From: Eledone cirrhosa
Taxonomy: Eukaryota
Direction: 5' to 3'
DNA: 64,000 nucleotides
Assembly: GCA_964016885.1 (NCBI GenBank)
Contig: OZ024753.1
Location: forward strand, 39,370,001-39,434,000
Numbering within the stretch: position 1 is the stretch's first letter; each line of letters begins with the position of its first letter. The notes beneath the pieces were generated by a model. That model saw only the letters and a list, made by a program, of their open reading frames with translations. It had not been told where the DNA came from and did not search any database. This document shows, piece by piece, positions 14,921-29,860 of the stretch. A program made the position numbers and the translations under genes.

Positions 14921-15063
14921 AACTAAACAAAGGATTAAAAATATAATAGGGGTAACAAAATATAAAAAAAAAACAATTGTCACCAATATCTGATTCAGTC
15001 AAGTGGATCGAACCGAGACCAACAAAAGAAAGGAAGCGATACGGTGTGTGGCACCCCCGCCAA

Positions 15064-16480
15064 TAGTGGTGGTGGTGGTGGTGGTGATGGTGGTGGTGGT
15101 TGGTGGTGGTGGTGGTGCGGGTGGCGGTGCCCGTGGTGGTGGTGGTGCGGGTGATAGTGGTGGTGGTGGTGGACGTGCGGGTGATAGTTGTAGTAATGGT
15201 GGTGGTGGTGGTGGTGGTGGTGGTGGTGCGGTTGATAGTGGTGGTGGTGGTGGTGGTGTGGGTGATAGTTGTAGTAATGGTGATGGTGGTGGTGGTGCGG
15301 TTGATAGTGGTGGTGGTGGTGGACGTGCGGGTGATAGTTGTAGTAATGGTGGTGGTGGTGGTGCGGTTGATAGTGGTGGTGGTGGTGGTGGTGCGGTTGA
15401 TAGTGGTGGTGGTGGTGGTGCGGGTGATAGTGGTGGTGGTGGTGGACGTGCGGGTGATAGTTGTAGTAATGGTGGTGGTGGTGGTGCGGTTGATAGTGGT
15501 GGTGGTGGTGGTGGTGCGGTTGATAGTGGTGGTGGTGGTGGTGCGGGTGATAGTGGTGGTGGTGGTGGACGTGCGGGTGATAGTTGTAGTAATGGTGGTG
15601 GTGGTGGTGCGGTTGATAGTGGTGGTGGTGGTGGTGGTGCGGTTGATAGTGGTGGTGGTGGTGGTGCGGGTGATAGTGGTGGTGGTGGTGGACGTGCGGG
15701 TGATAGTTGTAGTAATGGTGGTGGTGGTGGTGGTGCGGTTGATAGTGGTGGTGGTGGTGGTGCGGTTGATAGTGGTGGTGGTGGTGGTGGTGCGGTTGAT
15801 AGTGGTGGTGGTGGACGTGCGGGTGATAGATGTAGTAATGGCGGTGGTGGTGGTGGTGCGGTTGATAGTGGTGGTTGTGGTGGTGTGGGTGATAGTTGTA
15901 GTAATGGTGGTGGTGGTGGTGCGGTTGATAGTGGTGGTGGTGGTGGCGCGGGTGATAGTTGTAGTAATGGTGGTGGGGGGGGGGTGATAGTTGTAGTAAT
16001 GGTGGTGGTGGTGGTGGTGGTGCGGTTGATAGTGGTGGTGGTGGCGCGGGTGATAATTGTAGTAATGGTGGTGGTGCTGCGGTAGATAGTGGTGGCGTGG
16101 CGGTGGTGGTGCGGGTGATAGTTGTATAGGTGGTAGTGGTGGTGGTGGTGGTTGTACGGGTGATAGTGGTGGTGGTGGTTGTGTTGCGGGTGCTGCGGGT
16201 GATAGTTGTAGTGGTGGTGGTGGTGGTGATGCGGGTGATTGTGGTGGTAACCAATGTGGTTGGTAATAGTGGGGATGGTGGGGATGGTGGTGATGTTGGT
16301 GGTGACGGTGGTTGATAATGGTGGTGATGATGATGGTGGTGATGGTGGTGATGATGGTGGTGGTGCAGGGGCTAGTTGTAGTAGTGGTGGTGGTGGTGGT
16401 GGTGTTGGTAACCATTGTGGTTGGTAATGATGTTGGTGGTGACGGTGTTTGATAATGGCGGTTGTGGTGGTGCGGGAGAT
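15064..16480. repeat. (GGT)n-based compound minisatellite
   Basis: GGT runs punctuated by GCGGTTGATAGT and GACGTGCGGGTGATAGTTGTAGTAAT. Confidence 0.85.
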
Positions 16481-16551
16481 GAAATGAGATGAACGAAAAA
16501 TCTTTAAAATTTGTATGTAGACAGATGTCAGAGAAGGGGAGAGAGGGGGGG

Positions 16552-16583
<32 letters not shown>

Positions 16584-16734
16584 AAGGGAGAGAGAAAGGT
16601 CGTGTTTGTGTGTATGTGAGAGAGAGACAGGGAACGAGAGAAACAGAGAGACGGGAAGAGAGAGGGAAGACGGGAGATGTAAGAGCAGGAGAGATTATAT
16701 ACGAATATACATAGAAACTTACACACATGCATAC

Positions 16735-16766
<32 letters not shown>

Positions 16767-16767
16767 T

Positions 16768-16820
16768 GAGATTCTACAGGACTAGAATTGTTTCATTCTT
16801 TAGAAATCATCAGGAATCTC
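16768..16820 (-). ncRNA. Type I hammerhead ribozyme
   Basis: GAGATTC-CTGATGA-TTTCTAAAGAAT-GAAACA-ATTCTAGTCC-TGTA-GAATCTC. Confidence 0.8.
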
Positions 16821-16827
16821 ATTCATC

Positions 16828-16878
16828 GATTTCTGATGATTTCTAAAGAATGAAACAATTCTAGTCCTGTAGAATCTC
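16828..16878 (+). ncRNA. Type I hammerhead ribozyme
   Basis: GATTT-CTGATGA-TTTCTAAAGAAT-GAAACA..TGTA-GAATC. Confidence 0.78.
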
Positions 16879-16959
16879 ATCTATATTAAAACTTTTATAC
16901 TCTGCAATGTATTGAGTACCTTACTTACTGTGGTTACCTCCGATTCAACCCGGAATAAC

Positions 16960-17005
<46 letters not shown>

Positions 17006-17109
17006 ATAAAACAAAAGAATTGTGGTAAGGAACCAGATGGACCATAACGCAATATATATATATGATGCAAGTTACAAGTCGGTATAGCCACACATTTCTC
17101 CATCGCTCT

Positions 17110-17150
17110 TAACCTTTGAAAATCATGAAATTGTGAAACCGGTAAAGTTA
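17110..17150 (+). ncRNA. Decayed hammerhead motif
   Basis: TAACCT-TTGAAAA (two core mismatches)-TCATGAAATTGT-GAAAC-CG-GTA-AAGTTA; palindromic ACCGGT. Confidence 0.4.
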
Positions 17151-17689
17151 TAAATTATTGTAAATAAACCTTCTTAAACACTTAAATGTTCTTACATATG
17201 TATATATATCACACACAACCACAACAACCAAGACAAAATCAACAAGCACCACCAGTACAACCACCAGTACAACCGACACAACCACCAACTATACCACCAC
17301 CACTACAACCACCATATACCACCAAAATGCAAGCAGCAGCAACAACAGCAGCAGATATTTCTGAAATTTTCAACAGTATCTTATGTATTCGTTTCGTTTT
17401 TGTTCAGATGTCGTCCGATTGATTCATTCATCGATTTATCGATTTGGTTGATTCTTCAATTGGCTGATTGGGTGATCGTCTTCTTAAAAAGATGACGGCT
17501 TCAGTTCAGTTAAGTTGATATAATAGTTTTGTTTAAGTGTGAAAGCCAGCGTCATTAAGATTGCATTCATAGTTTTTATTCGTTTACTCGACGCTCGAAA
17601 TTACCTCCCTTTATCACCTTCATTGCTGCTACAATAAAATCACCAAAGAACGCCATGATTGTCAGGTTTGTATTGTGATGGCTATCATG

Positions 17690-18260
17690 GTTATCTTGGT
17701 GATGGTAGTGGTGGTGGTGGTGGTAGGAGTGGGGGTGGTGGTGGTAGTAGTGGTAGCGGTAGCAGTGGTGGTGGTGGTTGTGGGGTCAGTAATGATGATA
17801 GAATTGATCCCGATGTTCATGGTGATGGTGGTGGTGATGGTGGTGGTGGTGCCGGTGGTGATGGTGGTGGTGGTGGTGCCAGTGGTGACGGTTGTGGTGC
17901 TTGTGTCGATGGAAAGGAAGTAGGGATGCTGATAGCACTGATATTGGTCATGATAGTGGTTAATAGTGGTGCTGTGGGTGGTAGTAGGTTATTACGATGT
18001 AGGGGGGGGTGGGGGGCGGTAGCGGTGGTGATGGTGATGATGATGATGATGGCACTGGTTCTAGCTTTGGTAATGGCTGAGATGGTGGTGGTGGTGGTGG
18101 TGGTGGTGGTAGTATCGACGGTGGTAGTGTAGAGGTAGTGGTAGTTGTGATAGTGGTAGTTGTGATAGTGGTGGTGGTGGTGGTGGTGGTGATGTTAGCG
18201 TTGGTGTTGGGGTAGTAATGTTTGTGAAGACTGTGGTGGTGTTGGTGGTGGTGGCTGTGG

Positions 18261-18291
<31 letters not shown>

Positions 18292-18810
18292 AGCTGTGGT
18301 GGTGTTGGTGGTGGTGGCTGTAGCGTTGTTGTTGTTGGTGGTGGTGATAGCGAGAGTGGTGGTGTTGGTAGCTGTGGTGGTGTTAGTGGTGGTGGCTGTG
18401 GGGTTGTTGTTGTTGTTGGTGGTGATAGCGCTAGTGGTGGTGTTGTTTTCGTTGGTGGGGGTGGTAGCTGTGGTGGTGTTGGTGATGATGGCGATTGTGG
18501 TGGCTGTGGTGGTGGTGGTGATGGTGGTGGCTGTAGTGCTGGTGTTGTCGTTGATGGTGGTGGTGGTGGTGGTGGTCATAGTGATAGTGGTGGTATTGTT
18601 GTCGTTGGTGGTTGTGGTGGCGGTGGTGGTGGCGGTGGTGGTGGCTGTGGTAGTGGCTGCGGTGATGTTGGCGATGATGGTGATTGTGGTGGCTATGAAA
18701 ATATTGTTGTTAGTGTTGATGGTGGTGGCTAAGGTGGTGATGGTTGTGGTGGTGGAGGCTGTGGTGGTGGCTGTGGTGTTGGTGGTGGTGGTGGTGGTAG
18801 CTATAAGGGT
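17690..18810. repeat. (GGT)/(GTT) low-complexity trinucleotide region
   Basis: Degenerate trinucleotide repeats. Confidence 0.8.
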
Positions 18811-19789
18811 TACGATCACAAACAGAAACTGGTGCTCTGTGACCGTGCAAAAGACGCGGGAGTAATTGTCGATGGTTCACGCAAGATCAGTGAGTTAGCT
18901 TCCGGTTATCGTTAAAGTCCTTCACTCGATCGCCTTTAACTGATGTCATGTGATGTGGGTGGAGAGGAGAAGGATGAGAGACGTGAGAGAGGGGAGGGGG
19001 AGAAAGATGATAGCGACAACAACAACAATAACAACAACAATGACAACAACAATGACAACAACAATAACATTAACAATAACAATAACTAGAAGAGAAAAAA
19101 AATTGATAACTTAAAATAAGTTGTTAAGCGACTAGATAGAAAACGATTGAGTGGTTGATGATGATGGCGCTGTAGTGGTGGTGGTGATGGTGGTGGTGGT
19201 TCTGGTGGGGGTGATGGTGGGGGTGAAGGTGTTGGTGCTGGCATTGGTGGATGTTATTTTTGATGGTGGTGTTTTTGTTGGTGGTGGTGATTATGGTGGT
19301 GGTGGGGGCATTGTAGTTGTTGGTGGTTGGGAGGTGATGATGTTTTTGGATTGGTGGTGGTGGTGTTGATGGTGGTGGCTGTTGGTGGTAGTAGTGATTG
19401 CTAAGGAAAGGGAAGGGGTTGGCGGTAAAGAAGATAGCAATGGCAGGACAGTAAAGAGACAGCAAGGAGGAGAAAAAGAGTGACAAGTAAAGGGAGAGAA
19501 ATCGTAACAAGCAAGTAATAATGATGGTGGTGGTTGTAATGGCGGTAGGGGAGGATGGGTGCTGGCGATGTTGAGTATAAAAGAGCTCTTTTTTTTAAAT
19601 ATGGTGGAAAATATGATAAGGGAAGTGAAAGGGAAAAGGGAAAGAAGTGTTAATATGAAGAGGAGAATGGTTGTGGAAATATGAAGTTGAATAATACCGC
19701 CATTAGGTAAAAAAATATCTCTTTACTTCTCCACAACACTAGAAGCCATTTTGTCTCACTTTCTCCTTTTTTGTGTGCCCAATCTCTCT

Positions 19790-19878
<89 letters not shown>

Positions 19879-19902
19879 TCTCTCCACACACACACACATA
19901 TA

Positions 19903-19975
<73 letters not shown>

Positions 19976-20020
19976 CTGTCTGTTTCTTTCACTCTAGCTT
20001 GGTCTTTTACTATTTCTCTC

Positions 20021-20063
<43 letters not shown>

Positions 20064-20132
20064 ATATATATATATATATAAATACATATCTGTCTACCTA
20101 TCTATCGTTCTACCTATATATTTCTCTCTCTT

Positions 20133-20217
<85 letters not shown>

Positions 20218-21451
20218 CTTTCAACCTATATATCTATCACTGTGATTGCACAACCTGACTCATTCATGCATAACCACGCACATTTTTATGTTGACTTTCA
20301 TGTATACACAATCCTTTATACCACATAGTCATACATAATCCAATTCTTCAATTTCCTTTCCCCATTTTGGTCGCTCTCACTCATTCCTCTTTTATTCTCT
20401 CTCACACCTCAAATAAGTTTGATCATTCTGGTAGAAAATGTTGATGGCTATCGATTATCGATTTTTTTTTTCAAAATTTTCCAATTGTACTACTATCGGT
20501 TATATCGATTATGATGTGATTTCACGATAGAATACCAACTAATGTCGATGCCAACGCCACAAGAAATGTGTCTATCTTTCTAGGTGACCGGATGCTGATC
20601 GGAAGAAAGTTTGCTGCCATTTAAGGTGACGTCAGCTGAGAAAGTTTAAGAGACGCTTCTAGAAAACTAGACACATACGCAGACAAAGATATAAGAATGT
20701 AGGATAATACATAGTATGGATGTCCGTCATTTTCTACGATGAGTATTCCAGTTGTTTGATCAACGGAGCAACCCTGCTCCTGAAATTACAAGTAAGGTTT
20801 CTGGAGCTACAGGATCAAAGTATAGCCAACATGGATCAAAATATAACTGAACGTCGATTTGTGGGGAAAAAAACCTATCTTTTATGCCATACATATATAC
20901 ATACATACCTACTTGACATATATACATACATGACCTACATACACATACGTACGTGTAGAATGCTTATATAAATTACTTGACTAAATTTTACGCAAATATG
21001 CTTTAGTGTAGAGAAAGTAGCAACAGGGCTCAATGAAAACCAAAGCTCAAGTTTAGAGCAATGATATATATAAAGATATATAGATACAGCTAGACAAAAT
21101 TAAAGTTGTTGAATATAAAACGAATTCAAATATTCAAGTATGAATATCTATAAATAATCGTAGGGACAATTCTCCATCCGGTTAGCTTCTAGCCACGCAG
21201 AAGATGGATAGATGTGTTGACAGACATACAGAAATATTGATATATATATATATATATAGCACCCCCACTCCTCACTGATTGACCTCGATGTCACGTGATT
21301 GATTCTTTTGAATTCGCCACCGACTAAGTAGGCAGTGATTTTTTCAATGTCCTGGAATTTAGTCCTCGCTTGCTTTTTTCCATCCACTGAATTATTTTTG
21401 TATAAGTTCCCTGTGTCCATGCTTTGCCTGGGAACTTAGCTGAGAACAGAT

Positions 21452-21535
21452 CTCCCTGATGACGAAAGGATATTTCTCCATGTTGTTCCAATCGGAAACC
21501 ATGTTTATTCCCTTTCAGAAACTAATTAGTTGGAG
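21452..21535 (+). ncRNA. Type I hammerhead ribozyme with long stem II
   Basis: CTCC-CTGATGA-CGAAAGG..CCTTTCA-GAAAC-TAATTA-GTT-GGAG; palindromic ACTAATTAGT; lies in a TA-flanked island (21259-21585). Confidence 0.7.
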
Positions 21536-21741
21536 TGAAATTTTAGTAAGTAAATTTTTATAATTTTCTTATTTTACGTCTTTTATATATATATATATAT
21601 ATATTGAGTATATGTTGGTTGTATACCAACACCTCAATATGCAGATTGGAGCACTCGACGAAGTGCGCAGGTTGGTTTGGTTACTCCGGAGTAATGTAAA
21701 ATAAAATAAAATAAATAAGTCAAATGTTTAAAATTTGGAGG

Positions 21742-21796
21742 ACTGCCTGAAGAGGTCACAGCCAAAGATGGCTGTCACCGAAATATATATAGCAGT
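21742..21796 (+). ncRNA. Type I hammerhead ribozyme
   Basis: ACTGC-CTGAAGA-GGTCACAGCCA-AAGA-TGGCTGTCACC-GAAA-TATATA-TA-GCAGT, enclosed by an outer stem AAATAAGTCAAATGTTTA/TAAACATTTGACTTATTT. Confidence 0.82.
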
Positions 21797-21825
21797 AATA
21801 AACATTTGACTTATTTATTTTATTT

Positions 21826-21910
<85 letters not shown>

Positions 21911-22797
21911 GTTTTGCTCAAGGACATAACGTAATGTTGGAAATCGAACTCACGACCTATGGTCATGAGCCGAAAAGAATCATGTCTTAACTCAAATAAA
22001 TAAGATTATGGTTATTAACAGCATGTTCCTTTGCTGTCAATAGCGGATTTTAAAAAGCATATATGAAGCAGGATAGCTTGAGTGATCTAGAAAGGAAGGG
22101 AGATAATAAAATATAAAGTAGTGTGAGGGTGAGGAAGAGGAAGGGAGATAAAAATATTGAGCAGGGAGAGAGTGTGAAGCAGAGAAACGAGATAATATAT
22201 ATATATAGCAAGGTAGAGTAACAGAAAATTCGAGGTAAAAAAATATATGGCAGTGTGGATGACAGATAGAAAAGGGGAGCATAAAAATATATAGCAACAC
22301 GAGTGACACAGAAAGGGAGAAAAAAATATATATAGCAGGGTAGAGTGATAGACAGAGAAATGGTGATAAAATTATATAGCAGGGTAGAGTGACAGACAAA
22401 GGGAGATAAAAATGTAAAGCAATGTGTGTGTGTGTGACACAGAAAGAGAGATAGAAAATAAATAGTAGGGTAGAGAGAGAACCAGAGAATGGAAAATAAA
22501 AGAAATATGAAGTAGTCTAGAGTGAGAGATAGAGGCAGAGAAGGGAAGATGAAATAATATGAAACAAGGTAGAGAAAAAAACAGAGAAAGGGAAGATAAA
22601 GAAGAAAAATAGCCCCTATCATTAAAAAACAAAATGGCAGTGGTTATAAATGTAAAAAATAAAGAAAGATATTTCCTTTGACGCACTTTTGTAATATATA
22701 GCCTTTATATGTGTAAATCTTTTTCGGACTTTTGTTTGAAGTAATATCTACGTTTGACTTTATTTGTTTTTTGGGTATACACACACACACACAGACA

Positions 22798-22873
<76 letters not shown>

Positions 22874-23834
22874 ATTGTTTATTTATTTGTTTGGCTGGTT
22901 TGTTGGTTTGTTTGGTTGGTTATATTATCACGGCTTTGTGTTGTAGAATACATTAGCCATTCACTCAATATTTACTATTCTTTAAATATGGGAAAAGAAT
23001 ATAAAGGAAAAAATAACAATAAAACGGTATGTGTTCCCGAGACCTGTATTAAATCTATATTTAATATTAGCAAGATCGCCACAACATCTGTATCCACGTG
23101 GCGTTTCAACAGTGTAAAGCTGAAGAATGTATAAAAGAAAAGAAAAAAAACAAAACAAGAGCTGTTGTTTTGAATGAGCTTTAGCTCATTTATTCTTTTA
23201 CTGATTATAACCAATGGACAACAAGGTTTGCTGCGGTACGGCAAGAAATAGTCCCGTCTCAATGTTCGTAATTTAAACTAGGCTGCACGACTGCCTGCTT
23301 CGTGTACCATGTAACTTAATCAATCTTCTCCATCGTCGATTGATTAGCGACTAAACCGGCTCCTTCACTAGATCCAGGTCTGGCAAGGATGGTTAGTGGA
23401 ACCCCAGAAACATAAAAACATAACCTATTAAGCTGTTAAATAAGTGGATGAATTCCTCGGAATCAACGGCCATCAGACGTCAACTATGGGTTAAATAAAT
23501 TCACCAACCCGCAATTGGCCAAGCATAGAAAGCGGCGAAGTTTATCCAAGGTAGGATTCCTCCGTCAGGAGAGAGTAGGCCTTGTATTGGATTGGATTGG
23601 TATGAGTAAAATCCTGTTCCATGACAAAAATAATTGAATAATTTCTTAACCCGTTTTCTAACCATATTTCTAATGTCTAAAAGCATCGAAGAACAAGATG
23701 AAGATATTGAAACGTGAGACACATTATCTACAACTGGAGAAGTGGAGTGATCCTTCCAATTTCTCTCTCCCAAATTTCAATTACAGGACTTTTGTCAAAT
23801 TGAAGCTATATAAAGATATTGAGCAATTTGATCG

Positions 23835-23928
<94 letters not shown>

Positions 23929-24742
23929 AGTCTATTATCAAATTTCAACGAAATCAGATGGAAAGTGAAAATGCATCGCCTGCATACAGTCAGACGTTTT
24001 CGTTTATACATATATATATATATATATATGTGATATTTTAAAAAGATATTCTTCGTGCTATAAGGTATTTATTCTTTTTAATAGCTAACTAGATATATTA
24101 CATTGATTTAAAGTGACATAAGATTAAAAAGAAACATATGATATATATATTTATTTCATAGAAAGACATTCGTGCAATCGACACTTTCGTGCAATCAACA
24201 CCTTTGAGAGTAGGCTGTATATACCAAGACCACCTTTGGGAAACCAAGTCTTGCTATTTATAATTTTTTATCTCATTTATCTATTTTATTTTATTTTATT
24301 TTATTTTATTATTTAAAAAAATAAAATTCTTCATTACGTGCAAACTTAAATAATCGCTTCGAAATATAGATTTAGTTGTATTTTTATTCATATAAATTTT
24401 AATGTGAGTAATGAATTTTTGTTAGACTAATGGTTATGTTTCTTAGTATCACTGCATATGTATGTGTTGGTGTGCGTCTTTGTTTGTGTATGGGTGTGTG
24501 TCTTTGTGTGTGTGTGTGTGTGTGTACTGGACCTCCGTCAGTCATGACGAGGCGAGGGTCATAATTGATACGTTCATTAGAACAGCCTCGACGTTAAATG
24601 AATGTGCAAGCGCTTGGGCACTCTTATGGCAAGTCTCTCATTAACACATATATCACTTAACCATATTCCAACTGCCACTATGTTTAAAATAGATCCAATA
24701 GAGAATTGGCTACATGCATAGATCAACCGACACATACAAACA

Positions 24743-24799
<57 letters not shown>

Positions 24800-25831
24800 A
24801 CGCACACGCACACACACACACACACACTCTCACACACGCACACACTCACACTCACTCACACGCACACATACACACACACACACACACATACATACAGATA
24901 GATATACATACATCACATACATGCATATATATGGATGCATATATCTATAATGTGTCTATCTATCTATATACATATCTGTATAGATCTATGCAAGCATATA
25001 TATATATATACATATATGTGTTGGGGGGGGCACTTGTGTGTATGTGTTTACGTATAGAGGAGAGTATGTATGTGCGTGTGTGCGCATGTGTGACAATTTT
25101 TCCAGAAATACCAATCGTTTTCGTAGTTGTCAGAAAAACGTGTGTGCGACAAGAGACAGACGTGTCATTGGGCATGATCTTAGCAAAGACGACAGGGGGA
25201 GAGAAGCGAAATAGTAGACAAACAGACATGAGGGAAGGAACAACTATCTCAATCAACAGCTAATGTACAACCTACATAACATAACAGTCCCCTCACTTAT
25301 ATAGCGAACCCTGTAAGTTGTAAATATAATTTTAGTCAATACCTATTCCTTATTATCGATTTGGACAGCTGCTTCTCTCTGTTATTATTATTGCTACAGA
25401 GTGGATAGATTGGCTTGGAGGCATATCTTACACGGTATGTTTTAGCTTAATAACTGACCTCACCCTTTGGGATGTTGGATGAAGACAAACGTGAGAAGTG
25501 ATGACGTCATTATCTATCGGTGTGTTTACAACTCGAATAATTTCAATCTGCTACATGTACAGAACAACATAGAGGAGCATTGCTGTGTGATGATAACGTG
25601 GCCTCAAGGGGACGTCACTCCGGCCGAATCAATAGCGTACTATTACCGTTTCGGTTTGGCCAATATATTAGTTTACAAGAAAATGGCGATCCTTGCCTTT
25701 TCTGCTATCTACTGATGGTCACTTGAACATAGGATGAAGTCAGGTGAAAACAAATCTACTTGAGCTTCTTTCCCTAATCTTTCAGCAAAATACCATTTCT
25801 TCTTCTCTCTCACTCTCTTTCTCTCTCATTC

Positions 25832-25907
<76 letters not shown>

Positions 25908-26219
25908 TATCTATCTATCTCTCTGCCTCTCTGTCTCTTTCCTTGTCACATATGACCACATACATTATTGCATTCATCACCTGTTTATAAGTAATAACTG
26001 AAAAATCGCAGATTAAGAAATTGGCAAATGTGAGTGGTGTTGTGAACTGGAGCAACGGGAAACAAAATATGTTGCTTAATGATGCAACGCACCACCGAAC
26101 CAGGAATCGAACTCACCATCTTACGATTGTAGTATTCTTTGTTTGATTTTTGTTTTGTTGTTTTTCTTTCTTTCGTCGTATCTTTACATGGATATATCTA
26201 AGACGGTCACTTTCTTTAA

Positions 26220-26430
26220 CCCTTTAGCATTTACATTACTCTATATATACTATTGTATTTTTGTCGTAAAGGCTTTATCTTACATAAGTATTTCACATAA
26301 TATTGAATCTACGAAATTTTGATGTTATTTATTTTGAGAACAATACCTTAGCATCAGTATGAGCGGCCAGTTACACCTGGTTTGAACAGAAAGAGTTGAG
26401 GGAATTCTGGCCGGATACAGCAAATGCAAA
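26220..26430. mobile_element. Truncated piggyBac-type MITE
   Basis: TTAA-CCCTTTAGCATTTA left end, as at 9609; the right end is decayed. Confidence 0.5.
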
Positions 26431-27365
26431 TAATAATCCTACTATTAACTCCACCCACTAGACATACCGTATAAGATATACATTACAATTCACCCCCCCC
26501 CCCCCCCTTCAAAACTATACCCCAACAATCTCGGTAAAACAACAATATGTATTCTTCTATTCTTCTATTGGTTTCAAAAGCAGGTTGTTCCATTGATCAA
26601 ATACTTTGATCACTCGTTGTATATACGACTTGTTAGTTTGATATCCTTAAAATTCTTTTCAAAACTCTATTCACTGAACAATCCGAATTAATTTCGACCT
26701 GCAGACAATGGATGTTGTGAAATATTATATATTTATTAGCTTTTCTGATAAATACTCTCACCACTTACCTAAGTGTCACCTAATCGACCCTAAAACATTC
26801 CTCAGACGTATCTTATTGCAATATCAGCCCATTTTATCTAGCAATTTCGCTCAAAAAACAAAACCAAATCGTATAAGCTCATATCATATGCCTCACTAGG
26901 AAATTATCTTTATATATTCTTTACATCTATATCACTGTATTCACCTCTACATTTATATTATTTTGTTTTACCGACATTTTATATATCTTGGCGCTTATAA
27001 ACCGCCATCTTGGAAACGGTGTCTTATGTCGATATAATTATGGACAGAGATTTTCCTGTAATACTGAGACATTAATATGCATGTACTACACACGCCATTT
27101 GGCAATTTGTTGATATGTACAACACAACTGGGTCTATATTTACACATCGTTTATTTTTTTCAATCATACGATTAATATGTAACCCCCCCCCCCCCACACA
27201 CACACACACACCACCACATTCACCACCACCACCATACACACTCTATGTAACCTGTTCTTGTAATGCCCCCTTCCTTAATCCCACGCCCTTGTGGCATATA
27301 AAGGTAATCATCATCATCATCATCATTATTGTTGTTATTAATATTATTATTATTATTATTATTAT

Positions 27366-27674
<309 letters not shown>

Positions 27675-27934
27675 ATATATATATAAATTAAAGTATAGAA
27701 ATTGTTGTGAGCGTGAAACCAACAGTATTTTATAATGTATAAGTGACTATAACGTCAAAATGGAAAATAATTAACGTAAGATGTGGGAAAAATAATTCAA
27801 ACTCAATTTTAAAAAAATCAAGACATAGATTAATCCATAGAATTTTGTGAAATCCAGGGAAAATTCAATAGAGCCTTAACTCAGAATAAAATAAAGTTTA
27901 AATAATCATCCTTCAATTTGGAAAAACTACAAAT

Positions 27935-28010
27935 GCTCTGTATAGTCTTAAAAAGACTATTTCACGAAACTTTCAGTGGGGATGGTCACGGTTGGAATCG
28001 TTCATCAGCA
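27935..28010 (-). ncRNA. Hammerhead motif with stem I cut by a (TA)n tract
   Basis: TG-CTGATGA-ACGA..TCGT-GAA-ATAGTCTT-TTT-AAGACTAT-A-CA. Confidence 0.6.
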
Positions 28011-28029
28011 TATATATATATATATATAT

Positions 28030-28198
28030 ATGCAGAAGTTCTATTTAAATTTTTGGGATACAACAAGCAAATATTTTTATAACTGATATAAAGCACTCAA
28101 CAAATTATTGGAGTAAAAATACGATATATTAACAAATGGAAACTATAAATGAAATAAATATGGTTTTATAAATATAGTTTCCATTTTTTAATATATCG

Positions 28199-28200
<2 letters not shown>
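28030..28200 (-). mobile_element. Family C fragment with inverted end, in (TA)n
   Basis: Reverse complement of 36715-36853, with a short fold-back. Confidence 0.7.
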
Positions 28201-28229
<29 letters not shown>

Positions 28230-28357
28230 ATACACATACATATATATATATACATATATATATATATTTGATATCAATAATACATGTAAACTAAACAGAA
28301 ACAACACAGTTCAATGATCGAATATATTAGTTTAAAGCTTAATATAGTAGAAAAAGA

Positions 28358-28395
28358 GTCGTTACGTTTCGGATATTAGTCCTTCATCAGAAGAC
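28358..28395 (-). ncRNA. Minimal hammerhead motif
   Basis: GTCTT-CTGATGA-AGGACTAATATCC-GAAAC-GTA-ACGAC; stem III ACGT has no loop and could form only as a dimer. Confidence 0.6.
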
Positions 28396-29097
28396 AGAAT
28401 GCGAAATAAAAAATTAAATAAAATGTTTGCGAATGAGAAGTAGAAGAAACGGAAAAATGTTTTGTTTTTTTCTGAAAAAGCACGTGTGTATTCAGTCAGA
28501 CATTTTGGAGAAAATGATTTTGTGTGTGTATGATGGTGGTGCTGGGTGGGGACCTATTGGCACAGACTAAACATTTAATACTAAGAACAAAATATTACCA
28601 TATTATTTGAATTTGAACGGAAGCAGACAAATGTAATTTAGCAGTTTGGCAAACACCAAGGACAATGATGATGATGATGATGATGATGATAATGCTGATT
28701 ATGATGATGATGATTATTATTATTATGATGATGATGATGATGATGATGATGGTGATGGTGATGATGATGACCATGATAATGATCATCTAGATGATGATGA
28801 TGATGAAAATCATGATCATGATGTTGCTGTTGATGTCAACAGGCGTTATGATGAAACCACATCTCTTAATGTTCCTTTGCCCTTTTTTTTTAGTTACCTC
28901 CCTTCCCACGAATAACCCCCCCCCCCCCCCCTCATATACAACCTTACCCCATTCTTACCAATATCGCTATCAATCCCACCCTTAGCTAACGCCACATCCA
29001 CAAACAACAACAGTACCAAACTCAACACGTCTACGAACAACACAGCAACAAACAACACTACCACCACCACCACCACCACCACCACCACCACCACTAC

Positions 29098-29860
29098 CAC
29101 TTACAACACCACCATGACTACCACCACTACTACAAACCACCACTACAAACACCACCACTACCAGCACAACCACTACCACCAACACCACCACCACTACCAC
29201 TACTATAACCGCCACCACTTACAACACCACCATGACTACCACCACTACTACAAACCACCACTACAAACACCACCACTACCAGCACAACCACTACCACCAA
29301 CACCACCACCACTACCACTACTATAACCGCCACCACTTACAACACCACCATGACTACCACCACTACTACAAACCACCACTACAAACACCACCACTACCAG
29401 CACAACCACTACCACCAACACCACCACAACTACCACTACTATAACCGCCACCACTTACAACACCACCACTACTACAAACCACCACTACAAACACCACCAC
29501 TACCAGCACAACCACTACCACCAACACCACCACAACTACCACTACTATAACCGCCACCACTTACAACACCACCATGACTACCACCACTACTACAAACCAC
29601 CACTACAAACACCACCACTACCAGCACAACCACTACCACCAACACCACCACCACTACCACTACTATAACCGCCACCACTTACAACACCACCATGACTACC
29701 ACCACTACTACAAACCACCACTACAAACACCACCACTACCAGCACAACCACTACCACCAACACCACCACAACTACCACTACTATAACCGCCACCACTTAC
29801 AACACCACCATGACTAGCACCACTACTACAAACCACCACTACAAACACCACCACTACCAC
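29098..29860. repeat. 118-bp CAC/CAA-rich minisatellite (~6.5 units)
   Basis: Near-identical units spaced 118 bp apart, with one shorter unit. Confidence 0.9.

Larger units (their letters stand above)
16762..16960 (+). mobile_element. Family B PLE-like fragment with a palindromic double hammerhead, in (TA)n
   Basis: Inverted arms ~16760-16825 and 16828-16885, plus a tail ending CCCGGAATAACG; near-identical to 50269-50460. Confidence 0.85.

Noticed and set aside
18061-18865. Mucin-like Thr-rich and Val-rich ORFs
   Set aside because: Trinucleotide low-complexity repeat.
29098-29860. Regular repeats resembling a CRISPR array
   Set aside because: No unique spacers; it is a eukaryotic minisatellite.
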